This document shows, piece by piece, positions 51,021 through 64,000 of a stretch of DNA of 64,000 bases; position 1 is the stretch's first letter, and every line of letters begins with the position of its first letter. The notes beneath the pieces were generated by a model. That model was not told where the DNA came from and ran no database searches. It saw only the letters and a program-made list of their open reading frames with translations. Source of the stretch: Selaginella moellendorffii (lineage: Eukaryota; Plantae; Lycopodiophyta); contig NW_003314278.1 in NCBI RefSeq assembly GCF_000143415.4, forward strand, positions 450,371-514,370, given 5' to 3'. A program made the position numbers and the translations under genes.

Positions 51021-54000
51021 CTGTCTGTGGGTGATAGGCTGTGCTGAATTTCAACTTGGTGCGATACTGTTCTAGGAGTGTCCTCCAGAACCTACTGGTG
51101 AAGATCTTATCTCGATCTGAGATAATCTCTTCCGGCCTTCCCCGCACTCGAACCACTTGTTCGAAGAACAGCTTCGCCACACCTTCCGCATCCACTTCCG
51201 TTGTGGTGGGTATGAAATGTGCCATCTTTGAAAATCGGTCCACCACCACGAATATCGCATTGAACCCCTCGCTTGGGGTTGTCCAATGATGAAGTCCATC
51301 GTGAGACACTTCCATGGACGATCTGGAATTGGGATGCTTTGCAACAAGCCCCCACTAGCCTTAGTCACGGCTTTGACCTGCTGACATGTTGGACATGTCT
51401 TTACATAGTCTTGGATGTCCTTAGCCATATCTGGCCAATGGTACTTCCTCTTGAGTAAGCCCATCGTCTTGGGCACTCCGCCGTGTCCCGCAAGAGGTCC
51501 GTCATGACACTCTTCTAAGACTACCTTCCTTAGTCCCCCTTCTGGAACATATACCCTCGTTTGCTTGTAATAAATGAGTCTGTTGCGTTCCGCATAGCCC
51601 GTTTTCTCTTCCGTTGGCAGCTCACCTCTCTGGTGAGCTTCCCGCGCCTCCAAATTCCTCAACAACACTTCTTGTGCAAGACCATCGTTCTCATATGCTG
51701 TCCGCACATCGTCCCAGAAGGTTGCTGTTGCGCTGGATATCGCCAACCTCAAGCTCGCTTTTCGACTTAGCGCATCTGCCACGATGTTGCTCTTCCCAGG
51801 CTTGTACAAAATCTCGCAATCAAACTCGGCCAAGGCATTGGCCCACCGACCTTGTTTCCCTCTCAGGTCGGGTTGTGACAAGAAGTGTTTCGTTGCCACA
51901 TTGTCCGTGTAAACCTTGAAGTGTCTCCCAAGGTAGTGTCGCCACTCCTTGAGCGCCTTGACCACTGCAAACAATTCCTTCTCGTGGGCAGGCCACTTCC
52001 GTTGAGCCTTGTCCAGCTTCTTTGAGAAGAACGCTACTGGATGGTTGTCTTGCTTCAAAACTACGCCCAACGCAAAGTCCAAAGCATCCGTGTCTACCTC
52101 AAAGTCCTTACCGAAGTCCGGTAATGCCAACACGGGAGCCTTCCTCAATTTCCCTTTGAGGTGGACGAATGCCGCCTCGCATTCCGCTGTCCATACCATC
52201 TTCCCTTTTCCTGTTTGGTCCGTTAAGGGCAGGGCTACTCTCGAATAGTGTCTGATAAACTTTCGATAGTAGTTGCATAGCCCCAAGAATGCCCTTAACT
52301 CATGTACATTCGATGGTCGCTCCCATTCCTGGATTGCTTGGACCTTTTCCGGGTCCACCTTGAGCCCGTCCTGGCCCACCACATGCCCGAGAAACTTTAC
52401 CTCTTGTTGAGCAAAGTCACATTTGCTCTCTTTAGCATACAGTTTGTGTTCCCTTAGTTTCTCAAACACCTTCGCCAAGTGTTCGGCATGCTCCTCTAGC
52501 GTCTCGCTATAGATCAGGATGTCGTCAATATAGACGACCACGAAGTGATCCAGATAGGGTACAAAGATGTGGTTCATCAACGCCGAAAACGTTGCCGGCG
52601 CATTGCACAGCCCAAAGGGCATCACCAGAAACTCAAAGCTCCCATACCTCATTCGACAGGTTGTCTTCTCGACATATTCCTCAGCTACCCTGATCTGGTA
52701 GTATCCTGACCTTAGGTCAATCCTTGAGAAGTATTTTGCCTTTCCCAACCTATCGAATAGGTCCTCAATCCTTGGCAAAGGGTACTTGTTCTTCTTGGTA
52801 TACTTGTTGAGCAACCGGTAATCTATGCACATGCGCATAGATCCATCTTTCTTTTTCACAAATAATACCGGCGCCCTATACGGCGACTTGCTCAACCTAA
52901 CATACACTTTGTCCACCAACTCCTCTAGTTGGCACTTGAGCTCCTTGAGTTCTTTTTCGTTCAAACGATAGGGTGGACGAAACACCGCCTCAGCACCCTC
53001 GACCAGCTCAATCTTATGTTCTATCGGTCGTGCGGGGGGCAACCCCGCTGGTAGCTCCTCCGGCATGGTATCCTGGAATTGGTCCAGTACCCGCTAGATC
53101 ACTAAAGGTACTTCTTCCGTTCTTGTCTTTTTGTCACTCTTCACCGAGAGTAAGCACAAAAAGGCTGCCTTAGTTCCTTTAGTGAGTTGTCCTCTCGTGG
53201 ACACCAAGTTTAAGCATGACTCTTTGGCCTTGCTTTGCCCTACCTTTAGATCCTGGGCCTCCACCCTAGATCTTCTTCCTTGGGCATTCGCCAATACCAC
53301 AAGGTTCCTACCTTGTCCATGCAGGGCTACCACGAACCGATTAAACCAATTCATTCCGAAGATCACATCAAATCCCGCCATGTCCAAGACAGTGAAATCC
53401 ATGTCTACTTTCCATGTCCCTACTTCAACTCTCGCTTGTCGAAGTACCTCATCGGTGCTTTGGCTACCTTGAACAAACTCTATAGTCCTTGGTTCGCCTA
53501 GCCGCTGCACCGTTAGTCCGGCTTGCCGGACTATGTCTGCAACCACAAAATTATCCGAAGCACCCGTGTCAATAAGGATCTTAACAAAGCTACCTCCGAG
53601 CTTCCCTCGGAGGGCTAGTAGATGTCGTGAACGACTCTCTACCAAAGTTGCTCGTGTAATGAGTAACTTTGAGTTAGGGACTCAATCACATACCTCAGTT
53701 TGGACTTCACCCGACTTGATGGCCATATTGGCTCTGGCCTTCTTCGGGTAGGGACATTCCCTCGAGAAGTGTCCCGCTTTGCCGCAGTTGTAGCATACAT
53801 TGTTTCCCACGCTGCTATACGACTTGACCTTCTTATCTGTGGGTTTGTCTCTTTTCACTTGACTTCCCCACGTACTCACTCGCTGGCCACCGGATTTGCC
53901 TTTCCGGAACCCCGAGGACTCATTCTTAGAGAAACTCTTCTTGAATTTCCCCTTGCTATATGTTCCCCTCGGTTTGGCCCCTTTGTAAAACGTGGATCCC

Positions 54001-55744
54001 GACCCCGTCATGTTCCCCTTTCGCAGGTTATCATTGAAATGCACCTTGATGGCCGCATCCAACGCTTCCTTGTAGTTGGTCGGGTTCCAGCGCATCACCT
54101 CACCGCAAGCCCAGGTTTGCAAACCTGATATAAAGGCATGGAACGCATCCATATCCCCCATGTCCGTGACAAGTATCCTCTTTGCCATGAACCCATTCAC
54201 ATATTCTTGGATGGTTCCAGTCTGCTTCAGCCTACTCAGCTCATCTCTCAGATGCAGAGTGGCATTCGGAGGAACGTATGTTGCGCGGATCCTCGCCTTC
54301 ATCATGTCCCAGGTGGCCACCGGTCCTTCGTTGGCCTCCGTTGTTCTCCACCAAGACTTGGCATTATCTGCCAAGTATGGTTTTGCACATGGGACCTTCT
54401 CCGAGCTCGGTAACCGCAACGCTCGGAAGTAGTCCTCCATATCGTAAAACCAATCCTCCACAACCTTATAGTCGTTCACTCCCTTGAACACCGGTGGGGG
54501 CTTTGGTTTGTACTTGGGAACTGCCTGAGGGACTGATTCCACTTCGGTCTGTTCGACCTTGTCTGGTTTTGCCTCTGTCCCTGCTGAAGGGTCCGCACCT
54601 TCTGCGCTGCCAGCATCCGCAGTCTTTCACTTTTTCTTCCGCTTCTCGTCACGCTTTAACTTGCGTACGAGAGTCTCCAGCAGGGCATTGGTCTGTGCCA
54701 ACTATCCTTCTAGCACGTCCAATCGAGCCTTGGACGACCGAACCTCGCCACCAGACTCCTGTTTGGAAGTTTCCTCACTGGAGTCCTCCTCATGCAAGGA
54801 TTCCTCATCCATAGCCTCTTGTTCAACCGGAGGCTCCAGCTCTGGCAGAGGTTCCGTCTCCGCCTGGGTTCGCTTACGCCCTGCCCTTGCCATCTCCCAG
54901 CAATCCGCCTCTATCCTTCGCTAGAACTGAGGAAAAGGCTCCGATACCAAATTGTAAGCCACAATTTTTTCCTTTCCAATTTGCTAGCTCACCTCGTCTA
55001 TCCATCCGACACTGCCTTGGCTTTTGCTAGGTTCCCTCGCCAAGGTTCTCGCCTATGGTACCAGCTCCTACTTGGTCCTACTTGCTTTCAGCTACTCACT
55101 GCATGAGCAACGGAGCGTTAGCCACCATCCACAGATTCCCAATCTCTCCCAATCCCCCTCCCCGGGTTAGACTGGACTTAAGGTTCGGCTACACTCCCCG
55201 CAGGCACAAGCAGCCAAGCACCCCAAACCTCCAAATTCTTAACACCCCTTGGTACCCCAAGATTTGGTCATGGGCCCCTTTAAATCCCAAGCCTTGGGTG
55301 CAGCACTTGTTTCGGGACGTGGGAGGGAAACACCGTGGCCTAACGGCCCGGTATGGGTACCTTTACCCCCCTTTTTCCATCCCGAAGGGAAGGCCCAAGC
55401 CCCCGGAAGGGCGGGGCCCAATGAGCCCCAAGGTACTCAAGGGGGGCCCCCCTCCCCCTGACCCGGGAGCCCCGCATTCGTTTTCCCTTTGGGGAGTGGG
55501 AGCTGCTCTGGAGCCCTTCCTGGGAGGGCCCCTCGGGCCCCAGCCAAGTCCATGTTCACTCCCACCCAAGGCCCTTGGGTCCCAGTTTCAACCTCAAGTC
55601 GGTTTGGAAGCCCAACGGGAGAGTCCCTTCAAAACTGGTTCCGGGACCTCACTATCCCTACTATACTTTGGGAACCCCCTGCAGCCCCCCCCCCCCCTGG
55701 GAGACGCACGCTTTGGGCTTTCACCCCTTGACCCGTATTAGTAT

Positions 55745-56030
55745 TTGGACTTAGTCTCTAGCTCGATCTCGGATCCGATTTCGGATCCGACTTCGGATTC
55801 GGTTTCGGACTCGATCTCAGACTCGATCTCGGACCCGATCTTGGACCCGACCTCGGACTCGACCTCGGACTCGGTCTCGGACTCGATTTCGGATCTCGGA
55901 CTCCGTCTCGAACTCGGTTTCGAACTCGGACTCGAACTCGGTCCCCGAGTCGGTCTCGGACTCGATTCCGGACTCGATCTTGAACTCGGTCCTAGAGTCG
56001 GTCTTGGACTCGATCTTCGACTTGGTCCCA
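55745..56030. repeat. Hexamer-based tandem array (GACTCG/GATCTC type) inside LTR; related arrays at 37115-37345, 42750-42890, 44770-45320, 57580-57900
   Basis: Visible 6/12-bp periodicity producing spurious (SD/SE)n ORFs. Confidence 0.9.
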
Positions 56031-59020
56031 TCCGATGAACTCTTTGTCATTTTGGTCATGCTTTCGGGGTTCCTTTAGCCTACGACACCTCGGCAAGTTG
56101 GTTCCTTACAGGTAGCCCTAGCTACCATTTCAAGGACTTGTGTCCTCATCCATATTTGACCTCTCATGGTCATTAATTTTAGTATTAAATTCATGAGCAT
56201 CAACCTCAACTATATGAAAATAATTTTTTGACTCTCTTATTGTTTTGGAGTCTTTATCTTTCCTATGATCCCACCATAGTTGTTTACCACAACTATATTA
56301 GCCAGTTTGCTAAGTCAAATGCTCATTTGGATCACATCCTCACTCTCTGAAGAAAACTTTATACTGTTCCAAAGACCCCAAAGTTGTTCCCTTACTAGCT
56401 CCTTTCTATCCACCACATTGTATACAAGCTCACACATGAAGTAGAGTGGAGAGCCATGTTCTTCTGATTGCTACTCCTCAAGGATATGCCCAATCCTAGG
56501 ACCTTCCAATGCTTATACAATTGATGATATATTTGGCCACTAATAAGAGTCGGATTAAGGAATAGCTTCGATACTAAATTGTAAGAAACTAAATTTTCCA
56601 TTTTACTTTAGTCACTTAACCATACCTCCGACCACTTGGAGGAGTCTCACTCACAACTTCCATAAGTCCTATTTTGGATTTGGGGACTTGCTAGCTCCGT
56701 GAATGGCATTTATGCCACTCAACCTTTGCACTTGGTCCAAGTGCTCCACATATCTAATCCCTTGACTGACACCCAAAGGTACCACTAACATATCAGCTTA
56801 TTATGCTAAGGCCATACCCATTCATCTTTGTCATACCAGTGGTCCAACACCACTTGCACCACAGTCAAGTCTCTCAAAAACTAGACCCTCTATACATAAG
56901 TGGTCATCCCTTGACCACACCTTAGCACCCTTAGGATGCTTAGAGACATGGGGAATACTCTTCCCCACTTTCCCTTCTATTCCCACTAAATTCCCCTCCA
57001 TCCACAGTCGTGCTTACCAACATTGCCACTGGATCAAGGCCCAAAGGCTCAACCACTAAGTCTTACTAACCTCTAGTACTTCCTCACCATGTGACCATAT
57101 CCTTGGTCACTATACCAAAGGATTACTCTTCTTCCTTTCCACAACCTAGGACTTTGGGACAATATTTCGAAACATTGTAGCCCTATACGAGCCTTGTGGG
57201 TACTCTCCCCACCTTCCACCCTTAGGTGCCCTAACCAATTGGCTAGAGCAAGGTTCTAATGAGCCACACAAGGTATCCAAGTAGGTAGTGCCATCCACAC
57301 TTGGATTGAAAGCATCAATCATTCAATCTCTTGGGGGAGCTAAAGCCAACTTTTGAACACTTTATTAAGTTACCCCACTTGTCTATCCATATTCACTCTA
57401 GCTTTGGACTCCTTAGTGAATGTATCATCACCCAACACGTGGGTATAGCCTTCCTTGGTCACACTGGCCTTTCTTGGCCAAACTAGCTCAATTGGAATCC
57501 TCCCTCTATTATACTTTTGGAGCTCACCAAACCCCCTAGGGTCTGGGAGACGAACGCTTTGGGCTTTTAGCCTCAAACTTAAACTCAGACTCAGTTTTAG
57601 TCTCGGTCTCAATCTCGGTCTCGGTCACTTTCTCAGCCTCAACCTCGAACTCTATCTCATGTCCATCTCGAACTCGACCTTAGACTCCATCTCGGACTCC
57701 ATCTCAAGTTCATCTCGAACTCCATCTCGGGTCTATCTCAAACTCCATCTTGGGTCCATCTCAAACTCCATCTCAAATCCATCTCGGACTCTATCTTGGG
57801 TCCCTCTTGGATCCAACTCAAACTCCATCTTAGGTCCATCTCGGACTCCATCTCAGGTCCATATCGAATTCCATCGGACTCCATCTCAGACTCTGTCTTG
57901 ACACTTTTATGTGTCATGTATTGGTCCTCTTATGTGCCTTTTCTAGAGACTCACTTACTACTTGTTTTATGCTCATTTCTCAAGCACTTCATTGGGAGTT
58001 CCACTCCCACTCTCGACTGTCTTAGTCGGAGCTTTTAGTCTAAATGTGTTATGCTTACTTAGCTTCCGCTTCGGTGAAATGTGTATATACTATTTCCCAA
58101 TGCCCCTTAAGGGCTAAAACAACATCGAGAGCGCACTCTCAAAGACTACAAGCACAGATGCTTGGTGCTGCTTGTGGGCCGCCCGCCTTGTAGGTGACTC
58201 CACTGTGAAACTAGAAGCCACCTTCTACACTCTGCAACACTTGAGACCACCACAGAGTGCTCTACCACCAACATGCCTCCAGTACCAAAACGATGCCCAA
58301 TTGCAGTGTGACTCCAACTTGTAGATCCATGCGAGGTGTGAACATCCTCTAACTCATAGTTGGAGCTACCATACAGGACAAGTGCACTAGCCAACCTTCA
58401 GAAGAGTCCTAGCCCTAGGGACTAGAGAAATGGCCTAAACCTCCTCCTAAAGGAGCCAATTACTCCAGATTTAGCATTGGAGAGGAAACGTGTAAATCCC
58501 TTATATGTGCAGCATCAAATTGTCTCTCTTAGTTGCTGGCCCCAAACGTGGTAGCAAGCCACTAGATCCAAAAAATCCTCCCTTCCCAATCATCCTCAAA
58601 GCAAGACATCATATATGGTCTTCCAAAGAGAATCCAGAAAGCTATGAACGTTTTCAAGTCTTAGTTGCTCCAAGTCACCCCTAAGGTGACATCCAACTCC
58701 ACCAATCTTTGACCACTATCGCTCTATCACACAACAAGGCAAGCAAGATTGCCTAGATCTTGGCAAAGAGCTCTATTTCTAAAGCTTTTGCAACTGTTTG
58801 TCCACTGTCGAGATACTTTAAGAGCCTCCTAAGACCGCAGCTAAAACCCTAAACCCACTAGAACCCTAGCTTTGGAACAGGGCCTTAGTTGCCAGGAACC
58901 CTATTCTTAGCTGTCGCCCAAGAACCCTAATTCCAGAGCATGAGTTAGGCTTTTATTTCGGCCATTATCATGTGGCACCCTTTCGGCTCTACTTTGGGGC
59001 TTAGGAATTTGTGTCTCACA

Positions 59021-62000
59021 TCTTGGCCCTATCAAGGCCTCACTCCCATTAGGAATGTTGCTACCCAGCTTGCAATGCATTAGAGATTAACAAATGTTAA
59101 TTCTCAATTGTTCCAACTCAACTGCTCCAAATGCTCTCTTTTTTGCTCAATCACCACCAACTTCAACCTCTTGCATTTCATACTCTCAAGCCCAAGATTT
59201 TGCTAGCTTGTTAATGTTTTATTATCTATGTGTGGATTCTTCATGTTTTGCCACTCCTTACCCATATCCTATAGATTAATGCTATGGTTTTTGCATCCAG
59301 CTATAGTCCTAGAAGGCTAGCCCTTAATTCTTTTTGCTTAACTTCTAAAATCTTTATTTTGCCACATTGCCAACTGCCACCCCATTACTGCCATATCATA
59401 TTGCTATGTCATTGCCACATGAATCAATTGACTACTTGCATATTGCTCACTAGCACTTTAGAGCCAAAATCACTCCCAAAGATAAAAAGTTAGTCACTTT
59501 AGCTTTACTTTGCCACTAGTTGTTCAAATTCTAATTTTAATATGAAAGATGGATTTAAATAAGAAACTAAGAAATTTCTTCTTGCTACAATGATTTTTTA
59601 CAACTTGAATCTAGATCAACAATACTATTATCTTGATGAAGTTATGGTTGGAGCCATCAATAGCAATTATTGAGGAGCAAAGAAGAAGAAAGAAAATACT
59701 TTGTTAGACATCTGATTATATGAAAATTGCTAAAACATCTCTCCATCCTAACCATGGCTCTCCACACTCTCGCACACTCACACACTCACAACTTCATCTG
59801 GAAAGGAATTTCTTGCACTCCTTGATATCTATGGATTGTAGTTTTAGGTCAAATTGACCACTGTCGTGAATTTTGTGGTGTTAGGATTTTACTACCCGCA
59901 GTATTTGTAGTTCATTTTTACCAATTACTGTAAGTCTATCTTTCTAGTAGTATGAAACTGCTTTGGCTAGTTTCACTGCTTGGAGCACAAAAGATTAGTT
60001 CCTCCCATGGAGATACAGGGTCACTAGCAGTGATGCTAACTCCAGTGACAGCTCTCATCAAACCACCAATCTAAGCTTGAATCTCCACTGCAGGGCTTTC
60101 CTACATCAGGAGCATTGAACACCCAAGGACCAGCCCATTTGCTTCCCTGACATGGAGCAATCCAGTGTTTGTTTTATGTGGCACACAGTAGGACGTCATA
60201 GTTTGCATCATGAAGGCACCAAACTGCAGTGGAAAAAAACATTAAGAAGTTAGGGTATATTGGCATAAACATACCCCTGCACCCCACAAGGCTATTGGAA
60301 TGTTTTGACTATTCATTGTTGCATACACTAGAGTCAGGCCCTGCACTACGACTCACACACAAGAACACTGAAGTGACTAAGTTTACCTCGCCAGTGAGAC
60401 GTGGTTCCACAGGCACAACTGTCCAGTTTAGCGTCTTCATGTCGAAGAGCAACGTTTCTTGTTTGTCAGACACAAAAACCATTGAATAGAGCCACAGATA
60501 GAAAGAATCTACACACTGCCTATGAAGTAGCATTCGTCTCCAACCACAGCATTTCCAAAACATGCCCCTGATGCAAGGATATGAGAACATGGGGACAGTG
60601 CCGCTGCAAGAGTCCTACAAAGATGAACGACCTCTTACAATCTAGAGTCCACAACAGCTGCTCCATGCTGCAAGATTGATCTTTATGATGTGAACAACAA
60701 AAAGCAGAAACCCTTAGCACATCAACGCGTTCCCATTGCCCACAAAACTTCAATTTAGGGCAGATCTTTTTGAGTTCTGCTTCTTTACCAGCAATTCTCG
60801 GCCATGGGTCATTCACAGCGTTGAAACTCTTGGAATATCCAAAAAGCACTTGTATGCTCTAGATGCCCATGTTGGGTATATGCCGCAAGAATGAGACCAC
60901 GCCACTGTACTGGAACATTCCATCCCTATTTGACATGGTGATGAAAACCCTAGAAAGAGAATGCTTAGGAGCGGGGAGCTTTGCCACAGTTTATGTATGG
61001 CAATCGCGGAACAACTTGGCAATCAAGTGCTTGGCAAATGCCAGCCACTTTCCCGAGCTGCTTGATGAGTTTGAGAATCACCAAAAGATAAGTAAGGCGT
61101 GCGAAGGCGCAGAGAATCTCCTCTTTCTGGTGCCCAAGCCTGTCGAATTCTTCCCTTCTCTCACATCACTGGCAGAGTGCCTGTGAATGGATTCGTTGCT
61201 GCTGCCAACTATACCCACCGTGTACACAATGCGGCAAGTCTGGCCCGCGTGGATTCCATTAGGGCCAAGTTCTTCCCTGCACTCCACTCCGGCTACTCCA
61301 AGTCCTTCGTCACGCAGATCTACTTGGGTGTGAAACGCCCGCGCCTGGCGTCTCAATTCTTCAATGCCAATAACTTCCCGCTGGATGCCAATCGTTACAG
61401 GGAGCTGGGGCTGCCGATCGAATTGCTGGCCCAAGAAATGGGTAGACTTCTCACCAGGATCCACCACCTCGCAGGTGTTTTCAGCTATGTACTGTTTCAT
61501 TCGTGTGGTACTTTTGCTCTTCTTNNNNNNNNNNNNNNNNNNNNNNNNNNNNNNNNNNNNNNNNNNNNNNNNNNNNNNNNNNNNNNNNNNNNNNNNNNNN
61601 NNNNNNNNNNNNNNNNNNNNNNNNAGTTTGTTATGGGTGGTGATGAGCTGAGGACCTTCTCCAACCCTGGGTTTGCCTGCTTCGATTTCAACCAGTGCAA
61701 CCCTCACAACAATAATGTGGACACACTCGTTGACAGCTTCTTTGTCAATGATCCTTACTATCCCCGGCCTGGCATGGAGTTTTGGGATGAGTTCAAGGAT
61801 GGGTACCTGCTGGAGGCCGACCGGACAGAGTCTGCTTGGACGTGGTTGAAGCCAAGGTGGCGGCCAAGGCTGCCCAAGAAGCTCCAGAAGGCAAGGGTAA
61901 TGAGATGGCTCTCTTGGAGAGCTGAAAGTAGACCCCTCTTTGTTGACCCCTCTTATTTAAAACAAGCATAGTTGTTCTTTCCACAGGAAAAAATCCCACT

Positions 62001-62079
62001 TTGTGAGATAACTTTTCCTAAACCCTAAACCGGCTGGAGTTCGTTATATTGGAGTTGATTTTGGTGCATTTTGTAATAA
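59021..62079. repeat. Distal right arm of the large inverted duplication
   Basis: Reverse complement of ~29036-33410, with indels. Confidence 0.9.
60863..61930 (+). pseudogene. DUF3669-like kinase-fold protein, mirror copy
   Basis: LGAGSFATVY..LAIKC; TGA at 61184; frameshift ~61250; FDFNQC, NDPYYPRP; 100-N gap at 61525-61624. Confidence 0.75.
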
Positions 62080-63629
62080 TGTCTTGGATTTCTTTCGGAG
62101 AGACTCATCCAGAAAGAATTTAAACTTTGATAACCCTAGGGCACAACAACACAAGGTGTATATCCAAACTTTAGTGTAGTGAACATTGTGGAGGAGGAAA
62201 TTCATGACTCATTATAGGCTTTATAACATGTTGGGAAAGATAAATGTGTCACATGTAAAGGATGGCTTAAAGTGGAATGCAAACATTGCAAAAAGTCAAT
62301 TCCAAAAAATATAGTGATGCCGAGCATAATAAGATACAGGACTTGGTAGGATAACATAATCATCCAAACATTTCGGTTTTGTGCAAATGACATTTGACAT
62401 TATTGGACCTATTGTGTGATCTTAAAGGGTTCAGTCGTACTCCACTACAATAGCTAGTTGCTAAAGGTACATTGATAACTTTGGCAAAGCTACACCAATT
62501 GCAAAAGGGAGGATTTGTGCTTAAACCCATAGGCTTGGAAACTCCTTTGGAGGATCCAATCCTATCAAAACCTATTCAAGTGGACAAAGAAATCTCAACA
62601 CTAACTCCAACATTAATTGTGCTACTTTAGGTAAATGATGTAACACATGTGATTATGAAATGAAATTTAGATATACTGTAATCGTGGATCTTTAAAACCT
62701 TAGAAGATAAATAGGGATAAAATAACCATTAAGGGCTTTCTCATCAAATAATTACCCCTTTTCCAATTAGCTTAAAAAGAGAGAAATGGGATATGTTACA
62801 AATGATCTTTTAAAAAAAATATTATCTCTTTAGGATTTGCCTCAAAAGACATAAATACACCAATGTCACGAGATGGAATAAAAGTGCCAAGGAAGGTTTT
62901 CTCTACTCACATTCAGAAAAGGTTGCAAAGTGCATTGCTAATGAAGGCAACAATTTTAAATGTGGATGACAGTGGAGATAAGGAGGATGTTTTCCTAAAC
63001 AACAATGGGAAAACATATAAGGGGATAATAGGAATGGAACATACATGCAATTCTTTTGATTTATAAAAAGGAGTTCAAAATCAGCAGATCAAAGTTGCAA
63101 GCACATCATTTCCTTATATCTAAACTGATACAAGATTGATATTACAATTGCATAGACAACCTTTTCACAAAACCAAGCTCAAGACATTGTGAGAAGAGTA
63201 GTATAGATTTCTTGTGTGATTTGATTGTGCATGTGTGATTTCTTTTGTATGCTCATTCTAAATCAAATATATTTTTGTAATAAATATAGATCTAGATATA
63301 TTAATATTAATATTAATAAAGATAATAATACAGATTAATTTAGGTATATACTGGTATATTCAGTGTTGTTGCTACCATGTACAAAAAACCATTAAAAGGG
63401 ACACATGTAATATAATACCTTGTAAGGATATAAGTTTTGTTATAAGCAATCTATAAAACTTCTTCATGTTCTACAAAGATTAATAGTGTTAGATAGAGTA
63501 GAAAGTAAAGATTTATATCAAACCTTAAGTTGATCCAAAGAAGAAAGGAATAGCAGTCAACTCTATCTCTTTTATAGAGAGAGCCATCAAAATGTAAAAC
63601 TATAAGAGTTATTGGAAGATATATTAAGG

Positions 63630-64000
63630 CCTTTTGTGGGAAACTTAACTTGACAAAGAGAAGTATTTGCCTTTGCTTTAGTTTGCTCACAATAACACTT
63701 ATTAATTGACTACTGGTATATCTCCCTTTATGGCATTATATGGGTATGAGCCTAAGTCTCTCTTGAGTTTAAATTTGGCTTTGGTTTGGGTACCTCATGC
63801 TTATGATTTCTTGGAGGATATGCAAGACAAGTGTGAGTTGGTAAAATTGAACATGAGGCAAGCTCCTTAAGCTATCAGATGCATAACAATCTTTGAAAGG
63901 AGGTGGCAATGTTAAGTTGTCTTTATGGTATTGTGGGTCTTGGACAATTTTACAATGTGTGGGGGATCTTGTATACACTTTGGCCTTGCCAACTCATTCA
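63630..64000 (+). mobile_element. Gypsy integrase relic
   Basis: NNTY..TTGISPFMALYGYEP and KLSLWYCGSWTILQCVGDLVYTLALP (decayed GPY/F region). Confidence 0.6.

Larger units (their letters stand above)
50197..54893 (-). pseudogene. gag-pol of copy B: nonsense codons at ~54702, ~54627, 53682 and 53094, one frameshift at ~51285, two introns in IN
   Basis: CYNCGKAGHFSREC, LIDTGAS, YIDD, DTDALD..EKEL, H-H-C-C zinc finger, IISDRD, GPY, chromodomain. Confidence 0.9.
48729..56110 (-). mobile_element. Ty3/Gypsy chromovirus copy B (younger, same family as A), nested in C
   Basis: LTRs 54953-56110 and 48729-(gap); TSD GGTAG; iMet PBS TGGTATCGGAGC at 54949-54938; gag-PR-RT-RH-IN-chromodomain order. Confidence 0.95.
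43816..59020 (-). mobile_element. Older Ty3/Gypsy-type LTR element (copy C), hosting nested copy B
   Basis: LTRs 43816-45548 and 56580-59020 (TGTAAG...TCTCACA); perfect TSD TCTTG; PBS relic at ~56565-56578; PPT complement ACTCCACCAC at 45549; heavily decayed interior. Confidence 0.88.

Noticed and set aside
55200-55700. High divergence between the copy B LTRs as an age signal
   Set aside because: Differences cluster as G/C homopolymer changes typical of low-quality reads, so LTR dating is unreliable here.
55738-56059. Ser/Asp/Glu-repeat ORFs (also 37065-37456, 42701-42883, 57455-57901)
   Set aside because: Translations of LTR hexamer arrays; not genes, and not CRISPR (no spacers).
62080-63400. 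Possible decayed transposon coding sequence
   Set aside because: Too degenerate to assign by eye.

Overview
Eukaryotic land-plant DNA, very probably the lycophyte Selaginella (inferred from ~40-70 nt introns and a diterpene synthase closely resembling S. moellendorffii miltiradiene synthase as I recall it). (1) 1-23.3 kb is an ~11 kb tandem duplication (copy 1 <1-11282, copy 2 11283-22310). The unit carries a hypothetical gene, a CCA-adding tRNA nucleotidyltransferase, a second hypothetical gene, a SART-1 C-terminal fragment, a plastid diterpene synthase with DxDD changed to DIED, and an intronless GH32 invertase-like gene lacking its catalytic nucleophile. (2) 23.6-27.2 kb holds two P-type PPR genes separated by a single base, plus a PLS-PPR relic. 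(3) 29.0-62.1 kb is a large inverted duplication with ~6 kb arms centred at ~35.4 kb. It carries a DUF3669 kinase-like pseudogene and an AT-rich bulb-lectin gene. The left arm has a small copia gag-only element; the right arm is split by three Ty3/Gypsy elements, one nested. Most striking: two copies of one chromovirus family carry two conserved GT-AG introns inside the integrase, splitting the HPQTDGQTER and KLTQRFAGPY motifs, and possibly a third at the gag/pol border.
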